From NCBI GenBank assembly GCA_964363635.1, contig CAYIIU010000001.1, positions 5,112 to 69,111 of the forward strand: a stretch of DNA of 64,000 nucleotides, in the 5' to 3' direction. The DNA is from an uncultured archaeon. GTDB lineage: Archaea; Iainarchaeota; Iainarchaeia; Iainarchaeales; VGJJ01. Of the stretch, positions 1-7,761 are shown in pieces (position 1 is the first letter of the stretch; each line of letters opens with the position of its first letter). A program made the position numbers and the translations under genes. A model generated the notes under the pieces. It worked only from the letters and a program-made list of their open reading frames with translations. It was not told the DNA's origin and made no database searches.

Positions 1-86
1 CAACCACCACAGCGCCCCAACACACACTCTCAACACCTACCATTTCATCGAGCACGTATGTTCCGCCCGCGCCGCCCGCTCAACCG

Positions 87-1316
87 ATGGCAACCGAAAA
101 ATTATGGGAGAAAGGAATACTCGCAACGGTGGACGCACGTTTAGCGCAAATGGAACGCTTGAAGAAAGAACTCGATGACGTGATGGAAAAACGAATTCAA
201 ACGCATTATGATTCCATGGAAAAAAAATTGGAAGCACTATTTGATGCGCAACGGCAATTATACAAGTTCAAAATGGACGCGGAATTGAATGCCAAAACGA
301 AAGAAGTGGAAGATATTTTCGACCAAAAAATAAATGAAATAAAATCATTGAACTTGAGCACGCAGGAAGACTTGCAGCGAATCAAGGGACAAAAAATGAT
401 TATTGAAGATTTGGCCAAAGACTTGAGCGACAAATCCATTGCCCTTGATGCCACGAAAAAAGCCATCATCGATGACACGGGACAAAAATTAGAGGATTTA
501 CAGGAAAAAGTGGATGACTTGGTGGGAGAAACCGAAACACGCATGAGGGAAGTAGAAAACCGCGCGTCAAAAACACTTGAACTCGAGGAAAAAATAACAT
601 CCAACTTGAGTGCGCAGATGGAAGAGCAGGCCAACAAGATTGTCGAGGCAAAAGTGGAAGATTTACGGATGGAAATCAAAAAAGAAATTATCGAATTGAA
701 AAAATTGGGAGCGGATTTAGCATCGAAGGACATTCAAGGCGTCGTCGAGGAATTCAAAGAGATGAATGAGAAGATGGAGAAGACCAAAAAAGGAATTGAC
801 GAACTTGTTGAGAGTAAAACCCGCGAAGTGGATAAGATGATTGAGACCAAATTAGTGGATGTGGAAAAAATTGTCAACAACAAAATGGAGTCTCTTGTAA
901 AAGAGAAAGAACAATCATTCTCCAAAAAAGTGGACACGCAATCCATGGATGTGAACTCGCTCAAAAAAGAACTGGCCCAAAAACTGCTTGAAACCGAAAC
1001 ACGCATGCAGGGGTTGGACGGATTTCAGAGACAGTTTTTGGAAACACTCAAAAAAAGCAACTTTGAACGGGAAGAATTAATGGGAATTTTGAAAAAGAAA
1101 ATTGAAACATTTGACGTTCGAGCGGATGAAAAAGTGGCCATCATCGACCAACGCTTGAAACAATTGGACGCAGTTGTTGGCGAGCTGGGAACGCTGCTCA
1201 CGCAATGGAAGGGGCAGCAGGCGCAGAATATGGCGAACGCGAACATTGCTGCCAGCCACGCAAACGACGCACCCACTCCCGCGAAAAAGGGCGGATTAAA
1301 CCCATTCAAGAAGTGA
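87..1316 (+). CDS. Hypothetical coiled-coil protein, 409 aa. It is E/K-rich with heptad repeats throughout.
   Basis: The long ORF has periodic charged/hydrophobic repeats such as EKKLEALFDAQRQLYKF and LEEKITSNLSAQMEEQANKIVEAKVEDLRMEIKKE. I recognise no catalytic motif. Confidence 0.5.
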   Translation: MATEKLWEKGILATVDARLAQMERLKKELDDVMEKRIQTHYDSMEKKLEALFDAQRQLYKFKMDAELNAKTKEVEDIFDQKINEIKSLNLSTQEDLQRIKGQKMIIEDLAKDLSDKSIALDATKKAIIDDTGQKLEDLQEKVDDLVGETETRMREVENRASKTLELEEKITSNLSAQMEEQANKIVEAKVEDLRMEIKKEIIELKKLGADLASKDIQGVVEEFKEMNEKMEKTKKGIDELVESKTREVDKMIETKLVDVEKIVNNKMESLVKEKEQSFSKKVDTQSMDVNSLKKELAQKLLETETRMQGLDGFQRQFLETLKKSNFEREELMGILKKKIETFDVRADEKVAIIDQRLKQLDAVVGELGTLLTQWKGQQAQNMANANIAASHANDAPTPAKKGGLNPFKK

Positions 1317-1378
1317 ACCCAAAGGAAAATACGCATGACAAACCAGATGCTTTTTATGCCACAAATCAAAAACAGGGT

Positions 1379-2239
1379 ATGGCATCATCAAAGTTAAGAC
1401 GGAAAGTACGCGGACCATTATTGGTTTGGAGGGCCTTTCAGCTTTTCTCTCAAAAAAAACCTTCACGAGCAGTTTATGAAGAATTAATTAAAGAGCACCC
1501 TGAACTGGGAATTCAGACTCCTGAAAAAATGGAACAATACATGAAAAGGCTCATTGGACTTACATCGGGACAAAAAATAGAACACATTTTTGCAGGAAAA
1601 AATTCAAGAGAAACTTGGGAACAATTCATTGTTTACTTGAATGCGCACAGTCGAAAAAGAGAAAAAATAGTTGCAGCGTTGAAGGGAAGACCGCTCGCGC
1701 GTGATCTGCGGGAAAAAATTGCGGCTGCCAATCGGACACCTGAAAAAAGAGCCATTGTTCGCGCGGCAAACACCGGACGAGAATTAACACCTATGGAAAG
1801 CGCCAACCGCTCGCGCGCACTCAAAAAAAGATGGGAACAAACCATTGCAAAAAACCCAGAGGCGGGAAAAGTGGCTGCTGCACATGCCAACCGAGCCCAA
1901 ATTCTTACCAGACGCCAACGATTGCGCCAAGCTATTAATGAAGGAACAATCCAAGAGGGAGAAACCACTTTTGGGACAAACACAAGAGAAGTGATTGCAG
2001 GAAAGGAGTTTTCTCCCGAAAGAGAAATGTCACGACGGGAAATTAGAAATCTGTTGAATGAAGAGGCAAGGAGATTAAGTGGGATCAAGCGACAAATAAT
2101 CCTAGAACATTTCTTTGAAGAGAAATCCCTTGAAACAATTGCAACCGAGACGGGAATAGGATTGGAACGTATTCAAAAACATTACCGAGAGGCCCTCCAG
2201 ATATTATCCCGGAAATGGAATGTCCGCGCGTTGGTTTGA
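1379..2239 (+). CDS. Basic protein with a C-terminal HTH resembling sigma-70 region 4
   Basis: The C-terminus reads LSGIKRQIILEHFFEEKSLETIATETGIGLERIQKHYREALQILSRK. This matches the region 4 pattern L..RER.VL..RF......TLEEIG..LG...ERVRQI...AL.KL. The N-terminus is K/R-rich. I chose the start at ATG 1379, which is in frame with ORF 1205, to avoid a 112-nt overlap with the upstream gene. Confidence 0.45.
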   Translation: MASSKLRRKVRGPLLVWRAFQLFSQKKPSRAVYEELIKEHPELGIQTPEKMEQYMKRLIGLTSGQKIEHIFAGKNSRETWEQFIVYLNAHSRKREKIVAALKGRPLARDLREKIAAANRTPEKRAIVRAANTGRELTPMESANRSRALKKRWEQTIAKNPEAGKVAAAHANRAQILTRRQRLRQAINEGTIQEGETTFGTNTREVIAGKEFSPEREMSRREIRNLLNEEARRLSGIKRQIILEHFFEEKSLETIATETGIGLERIQKHYREALQILSRKWNVRALV

Positions 2240-2334
2240 CCACTCCTACGCACCCGCTTTAAAAGGATTCTGAGGGCGTTTTGATACGTCAAAGGGGATT
2301 TGCTTTTTTGATCGAACTTTTTAAAAAAAAGTTC

Positions 2335-2406
2335 GGGCGCTTGGCGCAACGGTAGCGCGCTTCCATGGCATGGAAGAGGTTGGGGGTTCAAATCCCCCAG
2401 CGTCCA
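2335..2406 (+). tRNA. tRNA-Ala (anticodon GGC)
   Basis: The 7-bp acceptor stem GGGCGCT/AGCGTCC carries a G3:U70 wobble pair, the alanine identity element. The anticodon stem CTTCC/GGAAG flanks the loop ATGGCAT, and the T-arm is TGGGGGTTCAAATCCCCCA. CCA is not encoded. Confidence 0.85.
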
Positions 2407-2543
2407 TAACCGGAAACCTCCGGTGGTGCGGCAGCCTTTTAGAAAAAGGCTGGCGAAAATTTCGATGAACCCTTTTCCAAAGGGTTCAAGGACTAGGAGG
2501 GATTTTCAATCCCTCGGTAGGCCAATTAGTAGTAGAGGCAAAT

Positions 2544-2614
2544 GCGGATGTGGTGCAATGGTAACATCAGAGCCTTCCAAGTTCTGGACCTGGGTTCGAT
2601 TCCCAGCATCCGCA
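2544..2614 (+). tRNA. tRNA-Gly (anticodon TCC)
   Basis: The acceptor stem is GCGGATG/CATCCGC. The anticodon stem AGAGC/GTTCT flanks the loop CTTCCAA. The T-arm is CTGGG-TTCGATT-CCCAG. I could not fold the D-arm cleanly by eye. Confidence 0.75.
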
Positions 2615-2615
2615 T

Positions 2616-3506
2616 TTATTCTTTTTTTGAAGCCGAAATGCTTGAATAGTACGCGCCCCACAATCCACCATTGTCACCTAATTGCGTTGCAACGATTGGA
2701 GGAACAGGATGCAACGTAAATGGTTTGATTTCATCCGCACTCGGAATAATTTCGGAAAATTGAGATACGCCAATGCTTCCCATAATAATTATCTTATCCA
2801 CCGCAAAAACATTGAGCATCGTTCCAATTCCACGTGCATTCACCGCGCGTGATTTTGCAACAATGGATCTTGCTTTATCATCTCCTTTTTTCGCAAGAGC
2901 AAAAACTTCCTCGGGAGAAATAAGATGATTGAATACTTTTTCGGTTTGCATTTGAATTCCTTTTCCTGACGAAAATGAGAACCAACACCCTTTGTGATCC
3001 AAAACACATGCGGGCGCACCTGAATAAGTGTCTAAAATCATGTGTCCGAATTCACCCATCGTTCCTTCCACAAGAGTTTTATTCCATACTAACCCCGCGC
3101 CCATGCCCGTGCTAATGGCAAGGAGGTAGAATGAGTCCAATCCTTTTCCATATCCGAGGAAAAACTCCGCTTTAACAGCGAGCTTCAGATCGTTTTCGAT
3201 TTTAACGGGATTTGGAAACGCACGAATGAGCGACTCGAGGGAGATGGATGACAAAATTCCTAAGGGACCTGAATTGAGGAGAATATTTCCTTGAATCGGA
3301 CCGGGAAGGCCGATGACGGTGCACTCCACGCTTGTTTTTTTCGCAGCACCACGAATTTCAGTTGAAAGATTTTTGATTAACAAAACAAGAGATGGAAAAC
3401 CAGCTTGCGTGCTGGGGATTATTTTCTTCGCGAGAATCTTTTCATTCTCGATAATAGCGCCGCGGATGGATGTCCCACCGACGTCAAAACATTCGATGAG
3501 GGGCAT
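2616..3506 (-). CDS. ROK-family sugar kinase (glucokinase-like)
   Basis: The N-terminus has DVGGTSIRGAI, the actin-fold phosphate-1 motif. ISTGMGAGLV and GEFGHM are ROK signatures. Confidence 0.8.
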   Translation of the reverse strand: MPLIECFDVGGTSIRGAIIENEKILAKKIIPSTQAGFPSLVLLIKNLSTEIRGAAKKTSVECTVIGLPGPIQGNILLNSGPLGILSSISLESLIRAFPNPVKIENDLKLAVKAEFFLGYGKGLDSFYLLAISTGMGAGLVWNKTLVEGTMGEFGHMILDTYSGAPACVLDHKGCWFSFSSGKGIQMQTEKVFNHLISPEEVFALAKKGDDKARSIVAKSRAVNARGIGTMLNVFAVDKIIIMGSIGVSQFSEIIPSADEIKPFTLHPVPPIVATQLGDNGGLWGAYYSSISASKKE

Positions 3507-3512
3507 AATCGC

Positions 3513-3749
3513 CTACGGTGAAATCAATAGGATGTTGTCGCCGCGAAGAATAATCTTCCCGTACTTTGTCTTCGGCTGGCCGTTTTCCCAACTCTCGGCG
3601 CTTTCCATGACAATGTTCATGTGCACATCAAATGCTTTCAACACGCCGCGGAAGGACCACCCTCCCTTCAATTCGACAAGGACGTTTTTTCCAATGCTTT
3701 CACTCAACAAATCGAATGGTCGAGAGGCGTTGGGGTTGTTGGTAGTCAT
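3513..3749 (-). CDS. Sm-like archaeal protein (SmAP/LSm)
   Basis: The 78-aa protein contains LKGGWSFRGVLKAFDVHMNIVM, matching the Sm1/Sm2 pattern. Confidence 0.75.
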   Translation of the reverse strand: MTTNNPNASRPFDLLSESIGKNVLVELKGGWSFRGVLKAFDVHMNIVMESAESWENGQPKTKYGKIILRGDNILLISP

Positions 3750-3783
3750 GGGTATCTATCACTCCTAATCGTAAAATAATCAA

Positions 3784-6027
3784 TCACACTTTCATCTCTT
3801 CCATTCCTTTTCCGGAAGGAGAACTTTTCTTTCCTCCGCCGAACAAGCGGGCGAAGAAACCGAAAATGGAACCAAAGAAACCTGAATGAGTTTTATTCTC
3901 GTCGAAATTGACAGGAAGACCGGCAAGGCGCGCGGCGAGCTTCTGAATTTCAATGGAAGACTTTGCCTGCGTATTGCGAAGCATTACGGGAACGGCTTTG
4001 TCGCGCTGAAACGAATGACGCATTTCATCATCGTAGGGCACCGTTGCATATACTGGGAGTTCCATCATGCGCGAAACTTCATCCTTGCCAATTTCACCTT
4101 TTTCAAAACGAACCATGTTGAGGACAATTCCCAAGGGTTTGTTTCCCAAACGCTGCGCGACGATTTTTGTTTTCAACACGTCTGCGATGGATGGAGAATC
4201 GGGCGTGGCGATGAGCAAGGATTCTTCCGTGGATGCAATCGTGGCGAGCACGGATTTTTCAATCCCTGCGGGACCGTCCAACAAAACAAAATCGAACTTA
4301 GGTTGAATGGTTTTGATGACCGTTGCCAATCTGTCGGCGTCGACGCGGCGATAATTTTCGAGTGATAATCCGGAAGGAATAAATTTCAGCCCATTGGGGC
4401 CATCGTAAATAGCATCATGGATTCCCGCTTCGCCGAGCAAAACATCGTGTAATGTGATTGGAGAGGATTGCATTCCCAACAAGAGTGAAAGATTCGCCAT
4501 CGCAATGTCCGCATCCACTAAACATACGGACACGCCGCGCTGCGCAAGGGCGATTCCTAAATTAGCACAAATGGATGTGTTGGAGAGAATGATTCCCGAT
4601 GCGTGCGTGAAATGGCCACCGTATTCAGAAACCTGGAAGTCGTAAACATATGGACGATTGTAATCAATTCGTTTCACATCGTCCACGCGTCGAAACTCCA
4701 CATTGTCTTGAAGCATTTGCTCCAACCACGAAATGAGTGGGTGCTGGACATTCATTTCTTTGTAAACATTCAAATAACGCTGCACCGTTTGTTTGGACAG
4801 CGCATAGTATTCCCATTCGTATTCATAGACCATTTGCTTGGTGCATCCCAGCTTCTTTTCAATTTGCAACGCAGTCAAATCGGATTCCTCTCGGATTTGT
4901 TTCAATAATTTTCCAACTGGATACACATCGATATTCGTATTCTCCTCTGCGGGACTCTGCAATTGATCAAATAAGCGGTTGGCCTTTTCCTGATGAGTAA
5001 AACCAATGTAATCGGAATATTTTTGTGCATTTTGTCCGGTAAGATATAAGCGCCAATAGGGCTGCTTCTCTGTCATTTTACCATTTGTTGCCATTTTGTA
5101 CGTTAGGGTTATTTGAGATGAGATGCCAAAACGGTTGCGCAATAATGACGCGACTTGGAACGCAAGCTTCTTTGATTTCGTATCATACTCGATCTCTCGG
5201 CGGTCAATATTCACTGTTCCATCGGTATCAAATAGACCCCGAATGAATGCAGCAATTGACGGATTGCTGGAGTTAAATAATGCAGTCGGAACTTCTTTAT
5301 CGCCGGCCAATGCCATTTTTACGCCGTACTTTTCGAATAGTTTGCGAATGGGCTCTTTTTTGTAAACGCTCATAACAAATGAATTACGATCCTTGTTCTG
5401 GAAAACCTCTCCAAAAACTTTTAAGTACGATTCACGAATGTTTCGAACCATGTCGGGCGGAGTGGCAACCACAGAAATGCCATTCTCTTTCATATTGCCA
5501 TCACCAATCACATATCCTAACCATTGAGCAACATACACAGGAACACTATCTTCGTTTTCGATATCGTGCGTGTTTTTGTACAAAAGCAAATAATCTTTTT
5601 TGGAAACGATTTCGTCCGCGCGAACTTTTTGCAACTTCCCCGAGCGCATGACGACAAATTGATGCTCTGGAGTGACGGAAACATCACCCGCTGCACAACA
5701 GATGGTAAACAATTCCTTAGGAGCGGGCTTGCGCATCAATGCAAAAGGTTTATTTTGAAAGTGGGTCACTTTCTGATTTTCTTCGGAAAACAAAAAAGAA
5801 TTAAGTTGGAATTCAGACGGAGAATCAATCACTTCAAAAAACTCTTCTGAACCGTCCGTCAGTTTGACAGCGACTTTCTTCACGGTTTGCGGACTTTTTT
5901 CGATTAAAGAGTCAATGAATGGACCGATTTGAATAACATCCCCATTTGACAAAGAAATGTATTCATCGTAGGATTGACTTTTCCCTACTCCACCCTTTCC
6001 TGAAACGATTGCTATACTTCGACCCAT
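3784..6027 (-). CDS. MinD/ParA-family ATPase whose deviant Walker A box is interrupted by an intein
   Basis: The N-extein is MGRSIAIVSGKGGVGK. The C-extein begins TSICANLGIALAQRGVSVCLVDADIAMANLSLLLG and continues with LLDGPAGIE, which is MinD-like. A 467-aa insert carrying a LAGLIDADG motif lies between them. Confidence 0.75.
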   Translation of the reverse strand: MGRSIAIVSGKGGVGKSQSYDEYISLSNGDVIQIGPFIDSLIEKSPQTVKKVAVKLTDGSEEFFEVIDSPSEFQLNSFLFSEENQKVTHFQNKPFALMRKPAPKELFTICCAAGDVSVTPEHQFVVMRSGKLQKVRADEIVSKKDYLLLYKNTHDIENEDSVPVYVAQWLGYVIGDGNMKENGISVVATPPDMVRNIRESYLKVFGEVFQNKDRNSFVMSVYKKEPIRKLFEKYGVKMALAGDKEVPTALFNSSNPSIAAFIRGLFDTDGTVNIDRREIEYDTKSKKLAFQVASLLRNRFGISSQITLTYKMATNGKMTEKQPYWRLYLTGQNAQKYSDYIGFTHQEKANRLFDQLQSPAEENTNIDVYPVGKLLKQIREESDLTALQIEKKLGCTKQMVYEYEWEYYALSKQTVQRYLNVYKEMNVQHPLISWLEQMLQDNVEFRRVDDVKRIDYNRPYVYDFQVSEYGGHFTHASGIILSNTSICANLGIALAQRGVSVCLVDADIAMANLSLLLGMQSSPITLHDVLLGEAGIHDAIYDGPNGLKFIPSGLSLENYRRVDADRLATVIKTIQPKFDFVLLDGPAGIEKSVLATIASTEESLLIATPDSPSIADVLKTKIVAQRLGNKPLGIVLNMVRFEKGEIGKDEVSRMMELPVYATVPYDDEMRHSFQRDKAVPVMLRNTQAKSSIEIQKLAARLAGLPVNFDENKTHSGFFGSIFGFFARLFGGGKKSSPSGKGMEEMKV
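4579..5979 (-). mobile_element. Intein with a LAGLIDADG homing-endonuclease domain, inside the MinD-like ATPase
   Basis: The insert begins with Ser straight after GKGGVGK and ends in Asn followed by Thr (ILSN|TS). A block reading FIRGLFDTDGTVN is present. Splicing would restore GKGGVGK-TS-ICANLG. Confidence 0.7.
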
Positions 6028-6118
6028 ATTGATTCACCGAATACTACACGGAATGTACTCTAAACGTGGTTTAGGCATTTAAAGGCACCGATAGGAAGGG
6101 GCTCCATAAACCCGCTTG

Positions 6119-6592
6119 TTAATCCCCGTGGGCTTTGAGGAAGGACTCAATTTCCTTAGCAAGGACTTGCAACTCGACTCGCGTGAGGTCGCTGCCGGCG
6201 CGGATGATGTAGATTTTCCCGTTGTAGGGGAAAATCATGAACCAGTTTTCTTTGTCTTTCACGAGAATCGTTTCACTTTCAGGCAATTCCGTCTTGATGT
6301 AATTGAACATCGCGCTTCCGATGATGGCTTCCGAAAAATCATTCTCATCCGTGGAAATGACAATGCTTCCATTGGGGGAGCAAATGCAAATCGAATCGAC
6401 CAAATGCTTTTTTTTCATGGATTGAACTAATTCCTGGATGGACGTGGTGTTCAATTCAAGTTTGTGGCGCGACAAAAAAGTGTTCAACAATTTCATCTGC
6501 TCCTGCGGCGTGTGATTGTCATCTACATCGAGCACGCGCTTGGTCATACTGCGCACAAATTGTTTTACTCCGCGAATCACCATATTATTCAT
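6119..6592 (-). CDS. Small protein, possibly of roadblock/LC7 type, upstream of the MinD-like ATPase
   Basis: The 157-aa protein has a segment HLVDSICICSPNGSIVISTDENDFSEAIIGSAMFNYI that resembles the roadblock core. The assignment rests on weak pattern similarity only. Confidence 0.3.
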   Translation of the reverse strand: MNNMVIRGVKQFVRSMTKRVLDVDDNHTPQEQMKLLNTFLSRHKLELNTTSIQELVQSMKKKHLVDSICICSPNGSIVISTDENDFSEAIIGSAMFNYIKTELPESETILVKDKENWFMIFPYNGKIYIIRAGSDLTRVELQVLAKEIESFLKAHGD

Positions 6593-6614
6593 TCACCTTC
6601 ATTCCATTGTTAAA

Positions 6615-7121
6615 CTAACGACCTTCAATTCCGGCCAAGCCAAAACGCTTGAACAATGATTCTTTGGACGCGGACTCGACTTCTTTGGCAGGACCAATCT
6701 TTTTGGCCAGTGTTGCATCGAACGAATCTTTTACAAGGGGTTTGAACTGTCCCTTCAAAATGGGTTTAGATAATTTTATTTGGGGATTGAATGCCGTGAC
6801 CAAATCCACTTGCTGTATGGAAAGATCAACCATGTCCAACACCCCAAACTCGGAAAGAAAACCATTCATGACGTGAACAACCGCTTCGTCGCCGTTCAAT
6901 GTTTGCTTGAGACCATAATATTCGTACACGGCACCCATCCCCTGTCCTTGACGGAATAGCACGGCAGACTCTTCCACGCCGCTCTCACCAAACAAGGACT
7001 CGACGACGTATCCGGAGAAATCCGCCGCGGACAAGTCATCCAAATCCTTCTTGGCATCAAACGATTTGACGCTCTTTCCTAGGATTCGCGTTACTCCAGC
7101 AGGTAAATTCATGGTTTTCAA
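6615..7121 (-). CDS. Hypothetical protein, first gene of a putative three-gene operon with the MinD-like ATPase
   Basis: The 168-aa ORF is co-directional with the two downstream genes and separated from them by short gaps. I recognise no motif. Confidence 0.4.
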   Translation of the reverse strand: MKTMNLPAGVTRILGKSVKSFDAKKDLDDLSAADFSGYVVESLFGESGVEESAVLFRQGQGMGAVYEYYGLKQTLNGDEAVVHVMNGFLSEFGVLDMVDLSIQQVDLVTAFNPQIKLSKPILKGQFKPLVKDSFDATLAKKIGPAKEVESASKESLFKRFGLAGIEGR

Positions 7122-7275
7122 TCACGCTCAACGAACACCATCACGGCACGGGCATTATTAAGCGTTAGCTGACGACCCAACCGCACCGCCATGGAATTGT
7201 TTCGCCCTTCCAAGTAGGCTTAAAAAGCGTCCGCCACCAAACTAGTGAGTTGAACCCGTTTAAGGTGAGCAAAAA

Positions 7276-7680
7276 ATGTCTGAAATCAAATTTACCCACG
7301 TTGGACAACTCCGCGAAGGCGGATATGTGATGATTGACGGCTTCGTCTGCCAAATCAAGACATTTGAAAAATCAAAACCGGGAAAGCACGGTGCCGCTAA
7401 GGCACGCATTACGGCCACGGGATTGTTTGATGGACAAAAACGCAACTTGATGGCCCCCGTCCACGGCGATGCGGAAGTTCCTATTGTAGACCGAGGAAAC
7501 GCTCAAGTAGTTGCCGTCATGGGCGGACAAATCCAGATCATGGACGTAGCCACGTATGAGACGCACAACGTGCCAAAACCGGCTGAATTGAAAGACTTGG
7601 CGAGCGGGGATGAAATAGAATACCTCCGATTCGGAACCAACTTGAAGATTTTGCGCAAACGCACCACGACGACGGCGTAA
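7276..7680 (+). CDS. eif5a: Translation initiation factor 5A (aIF-5A)
   Basis: EKSKPGKHGAAKARI is the hypusine loop, whose consensus is SKTGKHGHAK. Confidence 0.85.
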   Translation: MSEIKFTHVGQLREGGYVMIDGFVCQIKTFEKSKPGKHGAAKARITATGLFDGQKRNLMAPVHGDAEVPIVDRGNAQVVAVMGGQIQIMDVATYETHNVPKPAELKDLASGDEIEYLRFGTNLKILRKRTTTTA

Positions 7681-7761
7681 ATAAGAAAAATCGCATTCCA
7701 TTGCCTTTTCCATACACCGCAACGGCTGAAAGTATATAAACACGGAAACGATTAGGCGTGC

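Noticed and set aside
1205-1378. Upstream in-frame ATG that would extend the sigma-r4-like gene
   Set aside because: It would overlap the preceding coiled-coil gene by 112 nt. The ATG at 1379 gives a compact arrangement.
2423-2719. ORF of 98 aa spanning the gap between the tRNAs and tRNA-Gly
   Set aside because: It overlaps tRNA-Gly and the hairpin cluster. It has no motif, so I treat it as a spurious ORF.
4603-5850. Several plus-strand ORFs of 80-108 aa inside the MinD intein gene
   Set aside because: They are antisense to a well-supported intein and endonuclease coding region and carry no motifs.
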